Assembly (NCBI GenBank): GCA_043819795.1
Contig: JBDREN010000027.1
Location: forward strand, 1-11,363
Origin: Elusimicrobiota bacterium
GTDB lineage: Bacteria; Elusimicrobiota; Elusimicrobia; UBA1565
Length of the DNA stretch: 11,363 nucleotides
Reading direction: 5' to 3'
Part shown: in pieces, positions 1 through 6,232 of the stretch
How the letters are laid out: each line of letters starts with the position of its first letter
How positions within the stretch are numbered: the stretch's first letter is position 1
The notes under the pieces: model-generated
The model's input: the letters and a program-made list of their open reading frames with translations, nothing else
What the model was told of the DNA's origin: nothing
Database searches by the model: none
Made by a program: the position numbers and the translations under genes

Positions 1-5
1 AGAAA

Positions 6-35
6 GAAGCCCCGCGCCGCAAGGCGCGGGGCTTC
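6..35. terminator. Perfect 13-bp GC-rich hairpin, probable intrinsic terminator (direction uncertain)
   Basis: GAAGCCCCGCGCC (6-18), GCAA loop (19-22), GGCGCGGGGCTTC (23-35). The loop is a GNRA tetraloop on the + strand. On the - strand the stem is followed by TTTCT, which runs to the window edge. Confidence 0.65.
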
Positions 36-55
36 CGCGTCCGGGGGCGTTTCGA

Positions 56-109
56 CGTCAGGCTGCAACGTATGGGCGCTCAATAAGTTTCATAAGTTGC
101 AGCCTGACG
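56..109. repeat. Long inverted repeat (REP-like element or operator) upstream of the operon
   Basis: CGTCAGGCTGCAAC (56-69) is the exact reverse complement of GTTGCAGCCTGACG (96-109). After one mismatch it extends with TATG (71-74)/CATA (91-94), giving 18 of 19 bp around a 16-nt spacer. Confidence 0.8.
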
Positions 110-130
110 CCGCAGCCTCGTCGGGTTATT

Positions 131-139
131 TGATATCAT
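131..139 (+). promoter_or_regulatory. Candidate extended -10 promoter (TGnTATCAT) for the operon
   Basis: TG-A-TATCAT at 131-139 matches the TGnTATAAT consensus with one mismatch. It is followed by AGGGA (160-164) and an in-frame TTG at 172. No good -35 element was seen. Confidence 0.35.
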
Positions 140-171
140 CCGGCGACACCCCATCCAATAGGGAAGCTCAT

Positions 172-1020
172 TTGCGAGTGAGGATCCTCAGCGTCGGAGA
201 CCGCGTCCGGGAAGGCTCCTACCCCGCCCACTCCAGTTTCAGTAGGGCTCTGAATTTCATGGACGGCCGGCTGCTCGTTTCCGTCGTTGACGAGACGGTC
301 GGCGGCGGCCCGCTCAATATCGTGCTTTCGGGTCCCCTGCCGGACGCCGCGGACCGTCTGGAGATCGGCGCCCGGCGCGCCGTGCTGGGGGATGTCTCGC
401 TGGATCTCGCCGCGGCCCGTAGGTACCGCTCGGAGCTGGGGACCGCGCGCGCGGGCGCTGCGGAGCTCCGCGAGGGCTTGGCGGTCCTGGAGACGCGCCT
501 GGTGGAGACGGCTCCTCGCGAGAGCCTGGTCTTTCTGCTCGACGGGCGGAGAGTCCGGCGCCTTCGCCCCGGGTTCGAAAGGGCTTTCGCGGACCGGGCG
601 ACGCTCGCCGCGCGCGAGATCTTCGGCGGGGACCTGTCCGAGGGCGCGCGCATGCTCAAAGGCTGCGGGTTCGGCCTTACCCCAAGCGGCGACGACTTCC
701 TGGCGGGCGCGCTATTCGGGCTGCATTTCCTCGGCAAAGTCTCGGGCGGGGATTTCGGGCGGGCGGTCGCCTTGGTCTATGAGGCAGCCAAGGGCGGCGG
801 GGTCTTTTCGGACACCTTCCTCTATTTGGCGAAGGAGGGACTCTTCTTCGAGAGTCTGAAGGGCCTGGCCCGCGCGCTGCTCGACGGGGCAGAGGAGGCG
901 ATCATCCGGGCCGCGGACCGGCTGATCGCGGTGGGAGCGAGCTCGGGCGCGGACCTCGCGACGGGCTTCTTGATGACGCTGAGGAAGGGAGAGGCTTTAT
1001 GGTCGTCAACGGCCGGATAA
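172..1020 (+). CDS. yahE: DUF2877 family protein (YahE / YlbF(AllH)-like), about 282 aa
   Basis: Family motifs GxGxGLTPSGDDFLAG and GASSGADLATG, and N-terminal HSSFSRALNF...GPLNIVL. It sits next to fdrA and DUF1116. Start placed at TTG 172 (SD-like AGGGA at 160-164); GTG 178 is an alternative. The track start at 97 lies inside the inverted repeat. Confidence 0.85.
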   Translation: MRVRILSVGDRVREGSYPAHSSFSRALNFMDGRLLVSVVDETVGGGPLNIVLSGPLPDAADRLEIGARRAVLGDVSLDLAAARRYRSELGTARAGAAELREGLAVLETRLVETAPRESLVFLLDGRRVRRLRPGFERAFADRATLAAREIFGGDLSEGARMLKGCGFGLTPSGDDFLAGALFGLHFLGKVSGGDFGRAVALVYEAAKGGGVFSDTFLYLAKEGLFFESLKGLARALLDGAEEAIIRAADRLIAVGASSGADLATGFLMTLRKGEALWSSTAG

Positions 1021-2585
1021 AGAAGGGAGAGTACTTCGATTCCGTGAGCCTGATGGTGGTGGGTAAGGAGGTCGCCGCTTTGGAGGGCGTGATCGACGCC
1101 GCGGTCGTGATGGGCACCAAGGAAAATAAGGCGATCCTGCGGGCCGCGGGCCTGCTGATCGGCGAGTTCGAGGGGGCGGACGACACGGACCTTCTCATCG
1201 CGGTCAAGGCGAAAAGCGGCAAGGCGGCCCGGGAGGTCCAGGAGAAAGTCGACGGCCTCTTGGACGGCCTCAAGAAGAAGAAGGGAGCCGCCGGCGAGGA
1301 ATACCGGCCGCGGAGCATCGAAGGCGCGCTCAAGGCGCTGCCGGACGCCAACTTGGCCCTGATCTCCGTGGCGGGGCGCTACGCCGGCGACGAGGCGATG
1401 AAGGCGCTGGAGAAGGGCCTTCACGTGATGCTCTTCTCGGACAATGTCTCTATCGAAAAGGAGATCGAGCTCAAGAATTACGCCAAAGAGAAGGGGCTCC
1501 TGGTCATGGGGCCGGACTGCGGGACGGCCATCATCAACGGGGCGCCGCTCGCGTTCGCGAACGTGGTGAGCAGGGGCGCGGTGGGCCTGGTCGGGGCCTC
1601 GGGCACGGGCCTCCAGGAGGTCGCCTCGATCATCTCGAACGAAGGCTGCGGCGTGTCCCAGGCGATCGGCACCGGGGGCCGGGATGTCAAGCGCGAGGTC
1701 GGGGGCGTCATGTTCCTGGAGGGCCTGAAGGCCCTGGCCCAAGACGAGGCCACGGAGGTCATCGTCCTGGTGTCCAAGCCTCCCCATAAGGAGGTGCTGG
1801 AGCGCATCGGCAAGGAACTCGGGCGCGTGAAGAAGCCCGTGGTCTCGGTGTTCCTGGGCGCGGAGCCCGGATGCCTGAAGAAGTACGGCGTCCACGGGAC
1901 GGCCACTCTTGAGGAAGCCGCCATGACCGCGGTCGCGCTGGCCAAGGGGAAGCCTCCCCGGGAGGCGGCCAAGCTTCTCAGGTCCCGGGACAAGGAGCTC
2001 AAGTCCCTCGCCGAGAAGGCGGCGGCAAGGCGCGGGAAGGGACAGAAATATCTCAGGGGGCTCTTCAGCGGAGGGACCTTCTGCACCGAGGCGGAGGTCG
2101 TGTTCGAGGGCGTGATCCGACCGCTTTACTCGAACGCGCCGGCGGGCAAGGCGCTCAAGCTCGAGGACGCGCTCAAGAGCCGGATGCACACGGTCGTGGA
2201 CCTGGGCGCGGACGAGTTCACGGTGGGCAGGCCCCATCCTATGATAGACTACAGTCTGAGGAACCGGAGGATCGCCCAGGAGGCCGGGGACCCGGAGACC
2301 GCCGTGATCCTGCTCGACGTGGTGCTGGGCTACGGTTCCAACCCGGATCCCGCGGCCGAGCTCGCCCCGGTCATCCGCGAGGCAAGCAAGAACGTTGCAA
2401 TCGTTTGTTTTATAACGGGCACGGACAAGGACCCTCAAGGCAGAAAAAGAGTGGAAAAAGCGTTAAAAGCGGCCGGCGCTCTCATGGCGCCGACGAGCAC
2501 GGCCGGCTGCAGGCTGGCCGCGGACATCGTCCGCCAGTCGGGCGCGGGGCGAGGCAAGAATACTTCCTCCAAGGCGGCGGCATAA
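999..2585 (+). CDS. fdrA: FdrA/YahF family acyl-CoA synthetase-like protein (succinyl-CoA synthetase-related), 528 aa
   Basis: Motifs YFDSVSLM, MLFSDNV, LLVMGPDCGT, VGASGTG, GTGGRD, GLFSGGT, DLGADEFTVGRPHPMID (conserved His at 2235-2237) and LLDVVLGYG. SD-like GGAGAGG just upstream. Overlaps the upstream gene by 22 bp. Confidence 0.95.
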   Translation: MVVNGRIKKGEYFDSVSLMVVGKEVAALEGVIDAAVVMGTKENKAILRAAGLLIGEFEGADDTDLLIAVKAKSGKAAREVQEKVDGLLDGLKKKKGAAGEEYRPRSIEGALKALPDANLALISVAGRYAGDEAMKALEKGLHVMLFSDNVSIEKEIELKNYAKEKGLLVMGPDCGTAIINGAPLAFANVVSRGAVGLVGASGTGLQEVASIISNEGCGVSQAIGTGGRDVKREVGGVMFLEGLKALAQDEATEVIVLVSKPPHKEVLERIGKELGRVKKPVVSVFLGAEPGCLKKYGVHGTATLEEAAMTAVALAKGKPPREAAKLLRSRDKELKSLAEKAAARRGKGQKYLRGLFSGGTFCTEAEVVFEGVIRPLYSNAPAGKALKLEDALKSRMHTVVDLGADEFTVGRPHPMIDYSLRNRRIAQEAGDPETAVILLDVVLGYGSNPDPAAELAPVIREASKNVAIVCFITGTDKDPQGRKRVEKALKAAGALMAPTSTAGCRLAADIVRQSGAGRGKNTSSKAAA

Positions 2586-4018
2586 TGGGAGTGGGCGAGC
2601 TTTTCCGGCAGGACCTCAAGGTGGTCAACGTCGGCCTTTCCTCGTTCAAGGACAGCCTGAGCAAGGAGGGCGTGCGGGCGGTCCAGGTGGACTGGAGCCC
2701 GCCCGTGGCCGTGGACGAGGGCGCGTCCGCCGTGATACGGGCCCGGGCCTCGGACATCGAGAAGGCCAACAAGGAGGCCGTCAAGAGGATCCTTAACGGC
2801 AAGCCCCGGCTCATAGGGCTCGAGAAGGCCATAGACGTGGTCCCCGGCATGAAGAAGAACCTGCTCCTTCACGCGGGGCCTCCCATAGAGTGGGAGAGGA
2901 TGTGCGGGCCCATGAGGGGGGCCGTCATCGGGGCGATCCTTTACGAGGGGATGGCCAAGACGCCCGAGGAGGCCGAGCAGCTCGCGGCCTCGGGCGGGAT
3001 CGAGTACTCCCCCTGCCACGAGCACAGCGCGGTCGGTCCCATGGCCGGGATCGTGGCGCCCTCCATGCCGGTCTTCGTGATCGAGAACGCGGAATACGGC
3101 AACCGCGCCTACTGCACGATGAACGAGGGGCTCGGCAAGGTCCTCCGGTACGGGGCGTACAGCGACGAGGTCATCGGCAGGCTCAAGTGGATGGAGGAGT
3201 CCCTCTATCCCGCGCTGAAGAAGGCCGTGGAGAAGCTCGGCGGCGTGGACCTCAAGAACATCATCGCCCAGGCGCTCCATATGGGAGACGAGGTCCACAA
3301 CCGGAACCGGGCCGCGACCTCGCTGCTCTACCGGGCTTTGGCGCCGGAGATCGTCAGGACCTGCGCCGACGCCAAGACGGCGGCCGAGGTCCTGGAGTTC
3401 ATCCAAGGGAACGACCATTTCTTCCTGAACCTGTCCATGCCCGCCTGCAAGGCGGTGCTCGACGCCGCCCGGGGCGTCGAATGCTCGAGCGTCGTGACGG
3501 TGATGTCGAGGAACGGCACAGAGTTCGGCGTCCAGCTGGCGGGGACCGGGGGGGAGTGGTTCACCGGCCCCGCGGCCGTCCCCGACGCCCTCTTCTTCCC
3601 GGGATTCACGAAGGAGGACGCCAACCCCGACATCGGCGACAGTTCCATCACCGAGACGGGCGGCCTGGGCGGCTTCGCCATCGCCGCCTCGCCCGCCATC
3701 GTCCAGTTCGTGGGCGGCAGCGCGGGCGACGCCGTAAGCTACACGCGCCAGATGTACGAGATCACCGCGGCGGAGAACAACGTCTATCAGATCCCGTATC
3801 TCGATTTTCGGGGCACGCCCACCGGCATCGACGTGATCAAGGTGGTCGAGAAGAGCATCCTTCCCTTCATCGACACCGGCGTGGCCCACAAGAAGCCCGG
3901 CATCGGCCAGGTCGGGGCCGGGGTCTTGAACGCGCCGGCGGAGCCCTTCAAGAAGGCCTTCGAGGGGCTCGCCAGGCGGCTGGAGCAGGGAAAAACCACC
4001 AAGCGAGGAAAGAAATGA
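2585..4018 (+). CDS. yahG: DUF1116 family protein (YahG / YlbE(AllG)-like), 477 aa
   Basis: Motifs LLHAGPP, MCGPMRGA, SPCHEHSAVGPMAG, NEGLGKVLRYGA, MGDEVHNRN, NDHFFLN, RNGTEFG, DIGDSSITETGGLGG, GTPTGID and DTGVAHKKPGIGQVGAG. The ATG overlaps the fdrA stop (TAATG, 2583-2587). Confidence 0.92.
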   Translation: MGVGELFRQDLKVVNVGLSSFKDSLSKEGVRAVQVDWSPPVAVDEGASAVIRARASDIEKANKEAVKRILNGKPRLIGLEKAIDVVPGMKKNLLLHAGPPIEWERMCGPMRGAVIGAILYEGMAKTPEEAEQLAASGGIEYSPCHEHSAVGPMAGIVAPSMPVFVIENAEYGNRAYCTMNEGLGKVLRYGAYSDEVIGRLKWMEESLYPALKKAVEKLGGVDLKNIIAQALHMGDEVHNRNRAATSLLYRALAPEIVRTCADAKTAAEVLEFIQGNDHFFLNLSMPACKAVLDAARGVECSSVVTVMSRNGTEFGVQLAGTGGEWFTGPAAVPDALFFPGFTKEDANPDIGDSSITETGGLGGFAIAASPAIVQFVGGSAGDAVSYTRQMYEITAAENNVYQIPYLDFRGTPTGIDVIKVVEKSILPFIDTGVAHKKPGIGQVGAGVLNAPAEPFKKAFEGLARRLEQGKTTKRGKK

Positions 4019-4833
4019 ATATCGATCAGTTCCTGAAGTTCATGGGCAAGGTCCGGGTCTACGACCTGACCCAGCGACTGAGCATCCATACCCCGCCGTG
4101 GCCGAGCTACATGCCGCTCGGCATCCAGTACTTCAAGAGGATCGCCGGCGCGCATATGGGGCAGGGGGCCAACGGGCAGATCATCACCACCAGCAACCAC
4201 GTGGGAACGCACATGGACGGCGAGATCCATTTCCACGCCAGCGGGCGGGCGATCGGGCAGGTCCCGCTCGGCGAGTGGATAGGCCCCGGCGTGGTCGCCG
4301 ACATCTCCGGCGAGGTCGGGGACTACGACCTCTACTCCCCCGAGATGATCACCAAGAAGGTGAAGGTGAAGAAGGGGGACATCCTCATCATCAACACCGG
4401 CTACCACCGCTACGCCTGGGACCAGCAGGGCTCCGACGAGATCCGCTACTTCGTGAAGCATCCCGGCCCGGGGCCGGGCTTCCACGAGTGGGCGATGGAC
4501 ATGAAGCTCAAGTGGATCGGCGTGGACTGCGGCAGCGCCGACCATCCGATGAACACGATCATCAAGGACTGGCATCCCGGCCCCTTCGCCGAGGCGGAGA
4601 AGAAGATCAAGAAGAAGCACGGCAAGAGCTGGGCCGAGCTCTTCCCGCCAAAGGAGTACTACCAGGTGATGCACCTCAAGCTCTTCCCCAAGGGGATCGT
4701 CCACGCCGAGAATCTGGGCGCGGAGATCGACAAGGTGAGCAATAAGCGGGTCTGGATCGGCTGCTTCCCGCTGCGGGGCATCGAGCTGGAGTCCTCCATG
4801 TGCCGCATCGTCGCCCTTCTGCCGCCGAAATAA
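4015..4833 (+). CDS. Cyclase-family (KynB / isatin hydrolase-like) metal-dependent amidohydrolase, 272 aa
   Basis: N-terminal YDLTQ...TPPWP, metal motif HVGTHMDGEIH (4198-4230), KGDILIINTG, IGVDCGSAD, HAENL and C-terminal SSMCRIVA. ATGA overlap with the upstream stop (4015-4018). The upstream part of the track ORF (2890-4014) is a shadow extension. Confidence 0.9.
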   Translation: MNIDQFLKFMGKVRVYDLTQRLSIHTPPWPSYMPLGIQYFKRIAGAHMGQGANGQIITTSNHVGTHMDGEIHFHASGRAIGQVPLGEWIGPGVVADISGEVGDYDLYSPEMITKKVKVKKGDILIINTGYHRYAWDQQGSDEIRYFVKHPGPGPGFHEWAMDMKLKWIGVDCGSADHPMNTIIKDWHPGPFAEAEKKIKKKHGKSWAELFPPKEYYQVMHLKLFPKGIVHAENLGAEIDKVSNKRVWIGCFPLRGIELESSMCRIVALLPPK

Positions 4834-4856
4834 CGGAGGGGCCCGGGAGAGACCAT

Positions 4857-5747
4857 ATGGCGATCGCGTGCGAGTTCGAGTACTTCAAGCCGAAGACCGT
4901 CGAGGAGGCCTTGAAGCTCCTGGCGAGATACGGGAGCCGGGGCCGCGTGCTCGCGGGGGGGACCAACCTCGTGGGCTGGCTGAAAGACGGCCTGATCGCT
5001 CCCGAGGCCCTGGTAGACATCAAGGGCCTCAAGGACCTGGGGAAGATCGCGCTCAAGGACGGCGTCGTCTTCATCGGCGCTCTGGTCACGTTCAACGAGC
5101 TCATCGCGTCGAGCCTCGTGAAGAGCAAGCTGCCCCTTCTGTGGGAGGCCGCCCGGACCGTGGGCTCGAAGGGCCTGAGGAACCGGGCGACCATGGTGGG
5201 CAACATCTGCGCGGCCGTGCCGTGCTGCGACGCGGGTCCGGCGCTCTTGGCCTACGAGGCCAAGGTCCTCGTCAAGGCCCCGGAGGGCGGGCGCAGGATC
5301 CCCGCCGGGGGCTGGTTCCTCGGCCCGAAGAAGCCCGCCCTCAAGGACGGCGAGCTGGCTCTCGGCGTGGAGATCCCCCTGCCGCCGAAGAGGCAGGGGG
5401 GCTGCTACGCCAAGCTCGGCAGGTATAAGGGGGAGGACCTCGCTCAGGCGAGCGTGGCGGTCCTCGCCCTCCCGCGCAACGAGTGCCGCGTGGCCTTCGG
5501 CGCGGTGGGCCCCCGGCCTTTCCGGTCGAGGAAGATCGAGGCTTTGCTGAGCGTCAAGAAGCCGGACGCGTCCGTCATCGAGAAGGCGAAGAGGCTCGTG
5601 GACGGCGAGATCCGGCCCATCACCGACGTGAGGGCCAGCAAGGAGTACCGGAGCCACATGGTGAAGGTGATGCTGGGCCGGGCCGTGACCGCCGCCGTAT
5701 CGAGGCTCGCCGGAAAGGGCCCCGCCTACGGCGAGAGTGTCCTTTAG
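4857..5747 (+). CDS. Xanthine dehydrogenase-family molybdoenzyme, FAD-binding (CoxM-like) subunit, 296 aa
   Basis: YFKPKTVEEA, LAGGTNL, LVDIKGL, RNRATMVGNIC, RVAFGAVGPRP and PITDVRASKEYR. ATG at 4857 follows GGGAGAG. Confidence 0.93.
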   Translation: MAIACEFEYFKPKTVEEALKLLARYGSRGRVLAGGTNLVGWLKDGLIAPEALVDIKGLKDLGKIALKDGVVFIGALVTFNELIASSLVKSKLPLLWEAARTVGSKGLRNRATMVGNICAAVPCCDAGPALLAYEAKVLVKAPEGGRRIPAGGWFLGPKKPALKDGELALGVEIPLPPKRQGGCYAKLGRYKGEDLAQASVAVLALPRNECRVAFGAVGPRPFRSRKIEALLSVKKPDASVIEKAKRLVDGEIRPITDVRASKEYRSHMVKVMLGRAVTAAVSRLAGKGPAYGESVL

Positions 5748-5755
5748 GGGGGCTC

Positions 5756-6232
5756 ATGAAAAGGACCATCGAGCTGAAGCTCAACGGAGAGAAGCTGGCG
5801 GCCGACGTCGAGCCCAACGACGTCCTCCTGGACGTCCTCAGGGAGAAGCTCGGCGTCAAGAGCCCGAAGGTCGGCTGCGAGAGCGGCGACTGCGGAGCGT
5901 GCACGGTCCTGCTGGACGGGAAGACCGTGCGCAGCTGCCTTATCCTCGCCGTCGAGGTCGACGGGCACGAGATCGTCACGGTGGAGGGCCTCAGCAAGGA
6001 CGGGCCCACGCGGCTCCAGAAGGCGTTCCTCCGGCACAACTCCTTCCAGTGCGGCTATTGCGCTCCCGGCGTGGTCCTCGCCGCGGAGGAGCTCCTGAGG
6101 GACCGGCCCCTGCCGACGGAGGTCGAGATCAAGGAGGCGCTCGCCGGGAACCTCTGCCGGTGCACCGGCTACATGCCGATCATCGACGCCGTCGCCGAGG
6201 CGGGCGGCCGCAAGAAACCGAGGCGAAAATGA
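5756..6232 (+). CDS. Xanthine dehydrogenase-family molybdoenzyme, 2x[2Fe-2S] (CoxS-like) subunit, 158 aa
   Basis: GCESGDCGACTV...SC and QCGYCAPG...GNLCRCTGY supply the eight Cys ligands. ATG at 5756 follows AGGGGGG. Confidence 0.95.
   Translation: MKRTIELKLNGEKLAADVEPNDVLLDVLREKLGVKSPKVGCESGDCGACTVLLDGKTVRSCLILAVEVDGHEIVTVEGLSKDGPTRLQKAFLRHNSFQCGYCAPGVVLAAEELLRDRPLPTEVEIKEALAGNLCRCTGYMPIIDAVAEAGGRKKPRRK

Noticed and set aside
56..109. Integron attC site
   Set aside because: The AAC/GTT triplets are internal and do not fit RYYYAAC...GTTRRRY ends. There are no extrahelical bases, cassette organisation or integrase.
3985..4018. Basic C-terminal tails (QGKTTKRGKK, also GGRKKPRRK and KGGGRK) as targeting signals
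   Set aside because: They are explained by purine-rich Shine-Dalgarno sequence for the overlapping or adjacent downstream gene.
2890..6228. Apparent N-terminal extensions or fusions in track ORFs 2890-4833, 4800-5747, 5483-6232 and 5737-8559 (also 2405-4018 and 97-1020)
   Set aside because: The extensions are Arg/Gly/Pro-rich off-frame readings of the upstream gene or of non-coding sequence. The real starts have SD sequences or stop/start overlaps (2585, 4015, 4857, 5756, 6229), so no frameshift or fusion is needed.
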